Source of the DNA: Firmicutes bacterium UBA1764
GTDB lineage: Bacteria; Bacillota; Clostridia; Peptostreptococcales; Anaerovoracaceae
Assembly: GCA_002315535.1 (NCBI GenBank)
Contig: DCHA01000057.1
Span: 676-64,675, forward strand
Direction of reading: 5' to 3'
DNA: 64,000 nt
The notes under the pieces: model-generated
The model's database searches: none
Seen by the model: only the letters and a program-made list of their open reading frames with translations
What the model was told of the DNA's origin: nothing
Translations under genes and position numbers: made by a program
Shown: positions 43,701 to 53,297 of the stretch, piece after piece
How the letters are laid out: each line of letters opens with the position of its first letter
Numbering within the stretch: the first letter of the stretch is position 1

Positions 43701-44477
43701 ATGCTTCAGAACGAAGGACAGATTGCATTTATCACAGGCGCAGGCGGCGGAATCGGTCGCGCAATCGCACAGAAATTTGCTGAGTTTGGTTGCTCAGTTA
43801 TCGTTGCTGACCTTAATCTTAAGGGAGCAGAAGAAACAGTATCAATGCTTGCTAACCCAACAGGTAAGGCAAAGCACGCTGCTATTACAATCGATGTTAC
43901 AAAGAAGGCTGACGTAGTTGAAAAGCTTAACTGGGTTAAGGAAAACTACGGCAAGCTCGATATTCTTATGAACAACGCAGGTGTATCCACAATGCACCGC
44001 CTCGTTGATCTTACAGAAGAAGAATGGGATTTCAACTTCAACGTAAACACAAAGGGCGTATTCCTCGTATCACAGGCTGCTGCTCCTCTCATCGTTGAAG
44101 GTGGACGCATTGTTAATACATGCTCCATGGCTGCTGTTAAGCCGGACCCAACACTTCCACACTACACAGCTTCCAAGTTCGCAGTACTCGGACTTACAAA
44201 GGCTATGGCACTTGAATTCGCTGCAAGAAAGATCACTGTTAACTGCGTTTGCCCAGGCTGGGTAAAGACACCGATGCAGGACAGAGAAATTGTTTGGGAA
44301 GGCGAAATGAAGGGAATGGCTCCGGAAGACGTAAGACAGAGCTATATCGACAACACACCGCTCGGAAGACTTTGCTATCCTGAAGACGTTGCTGATGTTG
44401 TTGGATTCCTCGTATCACCACAGGCTCAGTTCCTCACAGGCGAGGCACTTGACGTTGCAGGTGGCGCACAGCTTTAA
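43701..44477 (+). CDS. short-chain dehydrogenase/reductase (sorbitol-6-phosphate dehydrogenase SrlD-like)
   Basis: TGAGGGIGRA cofactor motif; YTASK catalytic motif; C-terminal YIDNTPLGRLCYPEDV resembles SrlD. Confidence 0.75.
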   Translation: MLQNEGQIAFITGAGGGIGRAIAQKFAEFGCSVIVADLNLKGAEETVSMLANPTGKAKHAAITIDVTKKADVVEKLNWVKENYGKLDILMNNAGVSTMHRLVDLTEEEWDFNFNVNTKGVFLVSQAAAPLIVEGGRIVNTCSMAAVKPDPTLPHYTASKFAVLGLTKAMALEFAARKITVNCVCPGWVKTPMQDREIVWEGEMKGMAPEDVRQSYIDNTPLGRLCYPEDVADVVGFLVSPQAQFLTGEALDVAGGAQL

Positions 44478-44569
44478 TATTGTTTTTTTAGGAGATGTCT
44501 GCTAATCAAAAATTGCAGACCTCACCTTTTCGTTTATTTACATGTCTGCAAATAGGGAGGCAAACATAA

Positions 44570-45328
44570 ATGGCAAGAGTAGTTGCTAATGGAGTTGAAA
44601 AGGATATTGACCTTTTCGTATTTGATAAAGACGGTCTCATGTTCAAGACCCAGGGCTTCTGGGCCGAGATCGGAAATAGACGCATGTTCTATTTAAAGAA
44701 GTATCTCAATGATGCCGCACTTAAGGAATGGGCAAGAGTATTCGGACTTACACTTAATGAACAGGGTGAAGTAACTTATACAGATCCTAAGGGAATTCTT
44801 GCAGTTGCCGCTCCGAGAGAAGAAGTAGTTGTTACCGCAGGACTCATCGTTCAGGCTAATAACATTCAGTGGGATACAGCACTTAATTATGCACACTCAG
44901 TATTTAAGGATGCTGATGACAACTTCCAGCTTGCAAAGGCTCTGGTTCCGCAAAAAGGCTTCCCTGAAATCTTCGCAAGACTTCGTGCTGTTGGTATCAA
45001 ATACGCAATCGCAACATCAGACACTATTCCAAGAGCACAGCAGTCAATGGAGCTCTTCGGAGAAGTACCTCCTGAAGTAATCGTAGTTTCAGACATGGTT
45101 AAGAGAGGAAAGCCGGCACCTGATATGCTCGTTCTCGCAGCAGAAAAGTGCGGAGTTCCACTCGACAAGACAGTTATGATAGGTGATTCCTTTGTTGACG
45201 TAAAGATGGCATTTGATGCCGGAGCTGCAATGGGTATCGGCATTCCTGAAACAGAGGAAATGCGTGAAGAGATGAAGCCGTATACCAAGGCAATCGTTGA
45301 CAGTTTGGACGATATTATATTAGGATAG
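44570..45328 (+). CDS. HAD-superfamily hydrolase (phosphatase/beta-phosphoglucomutase-like)
   Basis: Motif I FDKDG, motif II ATSD, motif III KRGKP, motif IV GDSFVD. Confidence 0.75.
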   Translation: MARVVANGVEKDIDLFVFDKDGLMFKTQGFWAEIGNRRMFYLKKYLNDAALKEWARVFGLTLNEQGEVTYTDPKGILAVAAPREEVVVTAGLIVQANNIQWDTALNYAHSVFKDADDNFQLAKALVPQKGFPEIFARLRAVGIKYAIATSDTIPRAQQSMELFGEVPPEVIVVSDMVKRGKPAPDMLVLAAEKCGVPLDKTVMIGDSFVDVKMAFDAGAAMGIGIPETEEMREEMKPYTKAIVDSLDDIILG

Positions 45329-45379
45329 TTAATTATAGCCACTCGTATAAAATCTGCGTAGTGCAGAATCGGAGAAAAA

Positions 45380-46495
45380 ATGAGTAATAATATTTCAATC
45401 AAACATGCAGTTAAAGCATATGGCTCAAATGCCCCGGTAATTCCGGATCTCAGCGTTGAGATTAATGGAGGCGAATTCTTTACTCTGCTTGGACCTTCCG
45501 GATGCGGAAAGACAACACTGCTTAGAATGATCGCCGGATTTAACAGCATCGAGGGTGGTGACTTTTATTTTAACGAAACAAGAATTAACGACCTCGATCC
45601 TGCAAAGAGAAACATAGGTATGGTATTCCAGAACTATGCTATCTTCCCGCATCTCACAGTTCGCAAGAACGTAGAGTTTGGTCTTAAATATAAGAAGTTC
45701 CCGAAGGAACAGATTAAGGATATCGCAGACAAGTTCATGAAGCTTATGCAGATTGATCAGTATGCAGACAGACTCCCTGAAAACCTTTCCGGTGGACAGC
45801 AGCAGAGAGTCGCTCTGGCAAGAGCTCTTTGTATCGAGCCTGACGTACTTCTCATGGACGAGCCTCTTTCAAACCTCGACGCAAAACTGAGAGTTGAAAT
45901 GCGTTCGGTAATCAAGGATATCCAGAAGGAAATCGGAATCACCACAGTATATGTAACACACGATCAGGAAGAAGCTATGGCTGTTTCCGACAGAATCGCT
46001 GTTATGAATGCCGGAGTTATCCAGCACATAGGAACCCCGAAGAATATTTACCAGAGACCATCCAATTTGTTCGTATCAACCTTCATTGGAAGATCAAACG
46101 TAATCGAAGGAAAGCTTATTGCTGAAGGCGGCAAGACATATATCGAAACAAAGTGCGGATATCGCGCTGAAATGACTAACGTTCTTGATGAACAGAAGGT
46201 CAGCCAGGACATTATCCTTTCAATCAGACCTGAAGAGTTTATTCTCGACAGAAACGCATCTGAGGGTATTGCCGCAACAGTAAATTCCTGCGTATTCCTC
46301 GGACTTAACACTCACTACTTCGTAACCCTGTCATCAGGCGAAGATGTAGTAATTATCCAGGAATCATCAATTGACAGCACAATTGAACCTGGTACACAAA
46401 TCAAGCTTACATTAAATACAGATAAACTAAACATTTTCTCAAAAGAAACAGAACGCAACTTACTCAAGGGCGTACAGAACGATTGCATTCTGTAG
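45380..46495 (+). CDS. ABC transporter ATP-binding protein (PotA/FbpC-like, TOBE C-terminus)
   Basis: Walker [29 protein letters not shown]. Confidence 0.85.
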   Translation: MSNNISIKHAVKAYGSNAPVIPDLSVEINGGEFFTLLGPSGCGKTTLLRMIAGFNSIEGGDFYFNETRINDLDPAKRNIGMVFQNYAIFPHLTVRKNVEFGLKYKKFPKEQIKDIADKFMKLMQIDQYADRLPENLSGGQQQRVALARALCIEPDVLLMDEPLSNLDAKLRVEMRSVIKDIQKEIGITTVYVTHDQEEAMAVSDRIAVMNAGVIQHIGTPKNIYQRPSNLFVSTFIGRSNVIEGKLIAEGGKTYIETKCGYRAEMTNVLDEQKVSQDIILSIRPEEFILDRNASEGIAATVNSCVFLGLNTHYFVTLSSGEDVVIIQESSIDSTIEPGTQIKLTLNTDKLNIFSKETERNLLKGVQNDCIL

Positions 46496-46503
46496 GGGGA
46501 ATT

Positions 46504-48156
46504 ATGGCTAAGAAACGCTTTGATGGATGGTTCATTCTATCCATAGTAATGTTTGTAGCTTTCATGTTCATACTGGTTTATCCGATGTTCGGACTTTTAA
46601 AGCAGTCCGTCATCATGCCGGATGGAAGCTTCTCGCTTGAAGAATTCCAGAAATTCTTCTCGCACTCATACTATACTCAAACAATACTAAACAGTTTTAA
46701 GATAACAATAACTACAACATTTTTATCTTTGCTGCTTGGTGTTCCTTTCGCATACTTTTATTCTTTCTACAAGATTAAAGGTTCAAAGCTGTTGTTTGTA
46801 GTAAGTATTCTGTGCTGCATGTCAGCACCTTTCCTTGGCGCATATTCATGGATCATGCTCCTCGGAAGAAGTGGCGTAATCACAAAGTTCCTCAAGGCAA
46901 CCTTCGGAATCGTGCTTCCGAGCATTTACGGTTTCAGAGGCGTTGTTCTTTCTCAGGTTTTGAACTATTTCCCGCTCGTATTTATTTATATGAACGGTGC
47001 ATTTAGAAATACTGACAGCACTCTTATGGAGGCCGCTGAGAACATGGGCTGCACAGGTATTAAGAGACTGTTCAAGATAGTTCTTAATCTTTCAATGCCT
47101 ACACTGCTTGCATCTACTCTTATGGTATTCATGCAGTCATTCTCAGACTTCGGTACACCATCAACACTCGGTGAAGATTACAAGACCTTCCTTGTTCTTC
47201 TTTATAACGAGTACCTCGGTGAAACCGGCCAGGACTATAACTACGCCGCAGCACTTGCTATCATCGCCGTAGTTCTCGCAGGAATCGTATTCTTCCTCCA
47301 GAAATGGGCAACAAGCAAGTACAAGTTCTCAATCAACGCACTGCATCCTGTACAGAAAAAGGATCCAAAGGGAATCCTCGCAGTAATCATTTATGTATAC
47401 TGCTATCTCCTTTGCGCTATAGCTATTCTGCCACAGGCATACGTTGTATTCCTCAGCTTCAGAAACTGCAAGGGCTCTGTTTGGGGAAAGGGACTTTCAT
47501 TCAACAACTATGCAAACGCAATGAAGAAAAAGCTTGTTCTCGCATCGAGAAACAGCATCCTCATGGGCGTATTTGCATTAGTAATAATCATTGTTATCGC
47601 AGTACTGATTGCATACCTGGTTGTTCGTCGTTCTAACGCACTCAACCATCTGATTGACTCCTGCTCAATGCTCCCGTACATTATGCCGGGCGCAGTAATC
47701 GGTATTGCACTTATCATTGCATTCGGTAAGAAGCCATTCGCTCTTACAGGTACAATGATTATCATGATTCTATCGTTTGTAATACGAAGGATGCCGTACA
47801 CGATAAGGTCGGCGACGGCGACGTTGATGCATATACCGGAGAGTATAGAAGAGGCTGCAATCAGCCTTGGTGCATCAAAGCTCGCAACCTTTGTTAAGGT
47901 AACTGTACCTATGATGTCCAGCGGAATTCTTTCCGGAGCCATCCTCAGCTGGGTTGCTATCGTAACAGAACTTTCAAGCTCTGTAATTCTTTACAGTAAC
48001 AGAACGACAACGCTTACGATGCAGGCCTATGTATACATTGGCCGTGGAGAATATGGTACAGCCGCCGCATTTGCTGCTATTCTTAACGTAATTACTACAA
48101 TTTCCCTACTTATATATATGAGAATAAGCAAATCCGAGGACAATGTTAAATTATAA
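46504..48156 (+). CDS. fused two-module ABC permease (FbpB/ThiP/iron(III)-type)
   Basis: About 550 aa with two EAA loops (MEAAENMGCTG..., EEAAISLGASK...). ATG at 46504 with GGGGGA RBS preferred over the TTG at 46483. Confidence 0.8.
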   Translation: MAKKRFDGWFILSIVMFVAFMFILVYPMFGLLKQSVIMPDGSFSLEEFQKFFSHSYYTQTILNSFKITITTTFLSLLLGVPFAYFYSFYKIKGSKLLFVVSILCCMSAPFLGAYSWIMLLGRSGVITKFLKATFGIVLPSIYGFRGVVLSQVLNYFPLVFIYMNGAFRNTDSTLMEAAENMGCTGIKRLFKIVLNLSMPTLLASTLMVFMQSFSDFGTPSTLGEDYKTFLVLLYNEYLGETGQDYNYAAALAIIAVVLAGIVFFLQKWATSKYKFSINALHPVQKKDPKGILAVIIYVYCYLLCAIAILPQAYVVFLSFRNCKGSVWGKGLSFNNYANAMKKKLVLASRNSILMGVFALVIIIVIAVLIAYLVVRRSNALNHLIDSCSMLPYIMPGAVIGIALIIAFGKKPFALTGTMIIMILSFVIRRMPYTIRSATATLMHIPESIEEAAISLGASKLATFVKVTVPMMSSGILSGAILSWVAIVTELSSSVILYSNRTTTLTMQAYVYIGRGEYGTAAAFAAILNVITTISLLIYMRISKSEDNVKL

Positions 48157-48262
48157 ATTAATTGTTCCATACGCTGAAAAGAGCGTATAATTAAAGGGCA
48201 GGTATTAATGACGGAAGTCAATAATATATTAGAATAGTTATTCTTTATTGAGGAGGAAAAAA

Positions 48263-49324
48263 ATGAAGAAATTATTAGCAGTTCTTTTAGCTCTCTCCAT
48301 GATCCTTTGCTTCGCAGCATGTGGAGACAAGCAGCAGGAACAGGCAGCTCCGGCAGCTGATGAAACATCAATCAGTGGTCCACTCGTTCTTTACACACCG
48401 ATGACAGAGTCTGATATTGATGCACTTCTTACATGCTTCGGTCAGGTATATCCTGATGTAGAAGTTGAAATCGTATCCGGATCTATCGGAGAACTCACAG
48501 CTAAGATTACAGCTGAAAAAGACAACCCACAGGGCGACCTCGTTTGGGGTGGTGCACAGGATTCCGACGGCGAAACATATGCTGACATTTATGAAGCATG
48601 GATTTCAGATTATTGCAAAGACAATCTTTCTGACTATGTATCCTGCAACACATACTACAGCATCAACCACCTTTCACCGGTTTGCTTCTGCGTAAACCTT
48701 GAGCTCGAAAAGGAACTCGGACTTGACATTCAGTCATACGAAGACCTTCTTGACCCAGCTCTTAAGGGCAAGGTTATCATCTCTGATCCTAACAGCTCAT
48801 CCGCAGCTTGGAACAACCTCTGCAACTTCATGGCTGTTTATGGATATGACACAGACGAAGCTTGGGATTACATCGCTAAGTTCATGGAAAATGTAGTAAT
48901 CGTTGAAAAGTCATCAATGTGCTTCAACTCCATCAATGATGGTGAATACGTTGTTGGTCTTACATACGAAGACGGCGCTGTAAAGCTTCTCCAGAACGGT
49001 TCTACAGCAGTAGAAATGAGATACCCGACAAACGGAACATCCGCTTCCGCATTCGCTGCAGCAGTTATCAAGAACGCTCCACACATGGACGCTGCTAAGG
49101 CTATGGTAGACTTCATCTGCTCACCGGAAGGACAGACAATGATGGCTGAATACATGGAAGGAACACTTCGTTTCACAAATACAAAGTACACAGTTCCTGC
49201 AAATTCATGGCTCCCAGATTCATCAGAGCTTAAGTGGGTTTCCAGACCAGTTACTGAACTCACAGAAAACAAGGAAGCTATCCTTGAGCACTGGAACGAA
49301 CTCCTTACAGAAGTTCAGAAGTAA
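48263..49324 (+). CDS. ABC substrate-binding lipoprotein (Fe3+/polyamine/thiamine-type SBP family)
   Basis: MKKLLAVLLALSMILCFAAC-GDK lipobox; AGGAGG RBS; ATG at 48263. Confidence 0.75.
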   Translation: MKKLLAVLLALSMILCFAACGDKQQEQAAPAADETSISGPLVLYTPMTESDIDALLTCFGQVYPDVEVEIVSGSIGELTAKITAEKDNPQGDLVWGGAQDSDGETYADIYEAWISDYCKDNLSDYVSCNTYYSINHLSPVCFCVNLELEKELGLDIQSYEDLLDPALKGKVIISDPNSSSAAWNNLCNFMAVYGYDTDEAWDYIAKFMENVVIVEKSSMCFNSINDGEYVVGLTYEDGAVKLLQNGSTAVEMRYPTNGTSASAFAAAVIKNAPHMDAAKAMVDFICSPEGQTMMAEYMEGTLRFTNTKYTVPANSWLPDSSELKWVSRPVTELTENKEAILEHWNELLTEVQK

Positions 49325-49346
49325 TTTATAAAGATTACATAAAAAT

Positions 49347-49380
49347 AAAAGGCTCTTCATTTTGAAGAGCCTTTTTGATT
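49347..49380. terminator. bidirectional terminator
   Basis: AAGGCTCTTC-ATTTT-GAAGAGCCTT followed by TTTGATTTTT. Confidence 0.85.
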
Positions 49381-49386
49381 TTTCGA

Positions 49387-50499
49387 TTAGATTCTTTTTC
49401 CGTCAATATAGACTGCTTTTACCTTTAGATCTTTATCAATAATTACGAAGTCAGCAGCCTTATTCTTTTCAAGTGATCCTATTTCTTTGTCCATCTTGAT
49501 CGCCTTTGCCGGGGCCATAGTTGCAGCATAGACTGCCTTTTCAAGTGGAACTCCGAAGCTTACAGTCCTGCGCAGACCCTCCATTAAGTGAATACTGCTT
49601 CCCGCAAGGGTATCGGTTCCTGACAGGCAAGCCTTTCCGTTTTTCATTGTAATCGGTTGCCCTCCGAGCTCGTAATCTCCGTCAGGCATTCCTGCGCAGC
49701 GCAGGGAGTCCGATATCAGACACAGTTTTTCACCAAAGAGCTTTGAGGTAAGCCTTACAACGCTTGGGTGAATGTGAAAGCCATCTGTTATCAGTTCTAC
49801 GCTTGCGCCGCAGTCAAGAGCGGCGGCAATTACTCCGGGAGCCCTGTGAAGCAGCCCCGGCATTCCGTTATAGAGGTGGGTTGCGTGGCTTGCACCTGCC
49901 TTATACGCGGCCATTGCGGTATCGTAATCAGCTGTTGTGTGTCCTATGGATACAGTACATATCTTTGAGACCTTTTCGATAAACCCAATTGCCCCTTCTT
50001 CCTCCGGAGCAACTGTGATTAGCTTTACTATTCCGCCACAAGCTTCGTTAAGTCGCATAAACATATCTACATCCGGAGCATGAAGATTGTCTTCGTTTTG
50101 AGCTCCTTTTTTCGCACGGCTGAGGAAGGGCCCTTCAAGGTTGATTCCCGCAAGCTTTGCCCCATCCGAAGGACGCTTGTAGCTTGCGATAGCCTTAACG
50201 GCCTTGCATAGTACCGGCTCTTTGAGGGTCATGGTCGTAGGGAGCCAGCTTGTGACACCTTCTTTTGCATAATAGCGTCCGAGTATTTCCATTGCCTCTG
50301 GCTTACCGTCGCTGGCATCTTCGCCTGCGGCAGCGTGAGTGTGAATGTCTACAAGACCCGGGATGATGTAATCACCATTTGCATCTATATCGCCATTCCC
50401 TTTAACCTGATAGCCTGCTTCTATTATCTTTTCGCCGAATTCAATTCCCCCATCGGTGAAATATCCGTTTGTATAAACCTTTGCATTAACAATGCGCAT
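49387..50499 (-). CDS. nagA: N-acetylglucosamine-6-phosphate deacetylase
   Basis: DIHTHAAAGED, NLEGPFLS, ITDGFH motifs. ATG at 50499 (AGAGGTGA RBS) preferred over the GTG at 50508. Confidence 0.85.
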   Translation of the reverse strand: MRIVNAKVYTNGYFTDGGIEFGEKIIEAGYQVKGNGDIDANGDYIIPGLVDIHTHAAAGEDASDGKPEAMEILGRYYAKEGVTSWLPTTMTLKEPVLCKAVKAIASYKRPSDGAKLAGINLEGPFLSRAKKGAQNEDNLHAPDVDMFMRLNEACGGIVKLITVAPEEEGAIGFIEKVSKICTVSIGHTTADYDTAMAAYKAGASHATHLYNGMPGLLHRAPGVIAAALDCGASVELITDGFHIHPSVVRLTSKLFGEKLCLISDSLRCAGMPDGDYELGGQPITMKNGKACLSGTDTLAGSSIHLMEGLRRTVSFGVPLEKAVYAATMAPAKAIKMDKEIGSLEKNKAADFVIIDKDLKVKAVYIDGKRI

Positions 50500-50510
50500 T
50501 TGTATCACCT

Positions 50511-51890
50511 CTATTTGACGATTTCCGGAAGAGATGCTGCAGCGGCTGATTGTCCGACGCGGCGGAATTTTTCATCCGGAAGTGAAAGCTTGATATCCTT
50601 TGAGAATTCAGGGTATTCGTCTTCGAGAACTCTCTGAGCTTCGGCAATAATGATATCTCCACCCTTACCACTCATTACGCGTCCGAGGAGCAGAACGTGA
50701 TTCATATGATAGAGATCGTAGTAGTATGCAAGAGTGTGTCCGAGATATGTTCCAATTGAAAGATAGATATCAGATGCGGCTTTGTCGCCTGATTCCATAA
50801 GGCCCTGTACAATCTTGAGCTTTTCTGCAGGTGAAAGAGCTTCATCAAGCTTTATTCCCGCTCTTGGAGCAAGCTTGATTACGCTGTCTTGTGAGAAATA
50901 CTTTACTCCGCAGCCGATATCATGGCTCCATTCGTCTATCATTGCATCAGGCTGAGCATCAACCGGAACAAAGGCCAACTCATTGAGCCATCCTGTGATG
51001 CATCCATCTTTATCTACGAATCCAACGGCCTCACTTGTGCCCATTGCGATTCCGATTACATTTGTTGCCTCAAGGCTCATCATTCCTGCCAGTGCGCTTA
51101 CATCACCATCATTAATAACTGAGAAAGGAACATTCCCGAAGGTGTCGGTGATGGCTCTGATATAAATATCCTTTACCTTTGTATCGTAAAGCTCCTTAGG
51201 AACCTTTAGGAACAATGAGGCATTCATTGCTCTGTCATTGATATAGATTCCCGCAGAGGATACGCCGACCGCATCTACTCTTGGCATATGTGATGCTGCT
51301 GATTTTAGAGCGGATACGATTCCGTCATAATGGTACTGAGGATCTTCTGTTGTCTTCGGGAACCATACAACCTCTTCAGAGTATACGCTTTCACCATCTA
51401 TTACTGCGCTTACCTTTCTGTCGGAGCCTCCGGCATCAAAGCCTATTCTGCAGCCATCAAGATGACCGCCTATCTTTTTCGGGCAGTCCTTGCTTTCAGG
51501 GACATTGTCAGTGTAAACTACTTCGACAACATGCTCGAAAACATTCGACATGAAATCATAATCGAAATCCTGGATGCCCCCGGTGCTGTATGCAGCCTTG
51601 AGATAGTCTGCCGTATCCTTGTCGTTAATAAATATTCTGAAACCACCCTTCATCCAAAGAATGGTCTTAACAAGTCTGTTTATATAGTATTGATCAGCCT
51701 CTTTCATCTCGGCGGTGCCGTGAATAAAAGAATCAACTCTGGCCATTTCACCACTTGCACGTTCAATCGCAAGGGAAACAGGCTTCTTTGCGGTTTTTAA
51801 AAATTCTCTGTTAAAAACAAAGAGAGGTGCAAAGCTTTGATCAAGCTTTGGGATGTTTTTAATGTTTACTTCTATTCCGTATATGTTCAT
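50511..51890 (-). CDS. ASKHA/ROK-like sugar kinase with about 145-aa N-terminal extension (candidate N-acetylhexosamine kinase)
   Basis: GFDAGGSDRK phosphate-1 motif at about residue 150; GIAMGTSEAVG phosphate-2-like motif; nan-cluster context. Confidence 0.6.
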   Translation of the reverse strand: MNIYGIEVNIKNIPKLDQSFAPLFVFNREFLKTAKKPVSLAIERASGEMARVDSFIHGTAEMKEADQYYINRLVKTILWMKGGFRIFINDKDTADYLKAAYSTGGIQDFDYDFMSNVFEHVVEVVYTDNVPESKDCPKKIGGHLDGCRIGFDAGGSDRKVSAVIDGESVYSEEVVWFPKTTEDPQYHYDGIVSALKSAASHMPRVDAVGVSSAGIYINDRAMNASLFLKVPKELYDTKVKDIYIRAITDTFGNVPFSVINDGDVSALAGMMSLEATNVIGIAMGTSEAVGFVDKDGCITGWLNELAFVPVDAQPDAMIDEWSHDIGCGVKYFSQDSVIKLAPRAGIKLDEALSPAEKLKIVQGLMESGDKAASDIYLSIGTYLGHTLAYYYDLYHMNHVLLLGRVMSGKGGDIIIAEAQRVLEDEYPEFSKDIKLSLPDEKFRRVGQSAAAASLPEIVK

Positions 51891-51992
51891 AATTATTGCT
51901 TTCCTTTCTGCTTGTGTGGAGAAATCTCCTACGAGTACAGTATATCATTGGTTTCTAGGATATCAATCTGGATTTTAATATATAAATAATTA

Positions 51993-52011
51993 TCAATATT
52001 CCTGATATTGA
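51993..52011. promoter_or_regulatory. palindrome in the divergent nan promoter region
   Basis: TCAATAT-TCCTG-ATATTGA, perfect 7-bp arms, between the kinase (-) and epimerase (+) genes. Confidence 0.35.
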
Positions 52012-52082
52012 ATAAAAAACGAAGCAAAGTATAATAGATATTAATTGAAATGTTATTTTTAACAAGTGGAGGAACTGCAATA

Positions 52083-53297
52083 ATGAATATTAATGAGTTG
52101 AAAAGTATTCATTCTTGGGTAAAGAGTGAACTTAATTCATGTACAAACTTTTGGCTTAAATATGGAATAGATCATGAGCACGGTGGCGTTTATACCTGTC
52201 TTGACCGTGAGGGAAAGATTTTTTCCAGAGATAAGAGCGTTTGGATGCAGGGAAGATGTGCTTGGACCTTTGCTTTCCTCTGCACAAATTACGGGAAGAA
52301 TGATGAATGGCTTAGTGCAAGCAAGTCTTGTCTTGATTTCCTTGAAAAGTATTGCAGGAACTGGGCTGCTGATGGCAGGCTGTATTTTACCGTAACAGGA
52401 GACGGCAAGCCACTTAGACAGAGACGATATTGCTTCAGTGAAGGTTTTTATGCAATGGCTAATGCAGAGTATTACGCAAACACCGGAGATAAACTTTGTC
52501 TTGAAAGAGCTCGATGGGCATACGAAATGATATATAAGCTCAACAATGGACTTATCAAGGATCCTACAGGTATGGGTCCGAAAACTATCCCCGAGACAAG
52601 ATCGGGCAGAGCCTTTGCTGATGCAATGATTTATCTTAATATTACCAATGTTCTACGCAGATGTGATCCGGATATGACAGAATTATATGATGCCAGAGCT
52701 AAAGAATGCGTTGATAATATATTTAAATATCATTTCAAGCCTGAACTTAAGTGTACGCTGGAAGTTGTTGGGCCAAAGGGCGAACTTCAGACGGATACTG
52801 TTGCGGGCAGAGTTGTAAATCCGGGGCATGACATTGAAGGAAGCTGGTTCGTTCAGCAGGAAGCTCTTTATGAAAAGGATGAAGAAATGAGTAAGCAGGC
52901 GCAGGCAATGTTCAGATGTGCGCTTGAGGCCGGATGGGATAAGCAGTACGGCGGACTTTTATACTTTATCGATGCTCTGGGGATGCCGCCTGAAGCATAT
53001 GAACACGATATGAAGCTCTGGTGGACACACAATGAACTTCTCATTGCATCGGCAATGTATTACAGAGATACAAAGGACGAATACTATTGGGATTGGTTCG
53101 TTAAGACAGCGCAGTATTGTAAGGACCATTTTGCAGATCCTCAGTATGGAGAATGGTTTGGATATCTGAGACGTGACGGAAATCCTACAGAGCCGCCTTG
53201 CAAGGGTAGCACCTTTAAGGGCCCATTCCATGTTCAGCGCAGTCTTATTTATGTTGATAAAATACTCGATGATATTGAGGCCGAAATAAATGCTTAA
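52083..53297 (+). CDS. N-acylglucosamine 2-epimerase (AGE/RENBP family)
   Basis: FWLKYGIDHEHGGVYTCLDREGK..., GHDIEGSWF, WWTHNE motifs; GGAGGA RBS before the ATG at 52083. Confidence 0.8.
   Translation: MNINELKSIHSWVKSELNSCTNFWLKYGIDHEHGGVYTCLDREGKIFSRDKSVWMQGRCAWTFAFLCTNYGKNDEWLSASKSCLDFLEKYCRNWAADGRLYFTVTGDGKPLRQRRYCFSEGFYAMANAEYYANTGDKLCLERARWAYEMIYKLNNGLIKDPTGMGPKTIPETRSGRAFADAMIYLNITNVLRRCDPDMTELYDARAKECVDNIFKYHFKPELKCTLEVVGPKGELQTDTVAGRVVNPGHDIEGSWFVQQEALYEKDEEMSKQAQAMFRCALEAGWDKQYGGLLYFIDALGMPPEAYEHDMKLWWTHNELLIASAMYYRDTKDEYYWDWFVKTAQYCKDHFADPQYGEWFGYLRRDGNPTEPPCKGSTFKGPFHVQRSLIYVDKILDDIEAEINA

Noticed and set aside
44495-44549. Repeated ATGTCTGC(T/A)AAT motif and GTCTGC/GCAGAC hairpin between the SDR and HAD genes
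   Set aside because: There are only two 8-12 nt copies and a 6-bp stem with a 12-nt loop. This is too weak to call an operator or terminator without comparative data.
44887-45549. 220-aa minus-strand ORF spanning the HAD/ABC-ATPase junction
   Set aside because: It overlaps two well-supported plus-strand genes and their intergenic RBS. No motif and no RBS.
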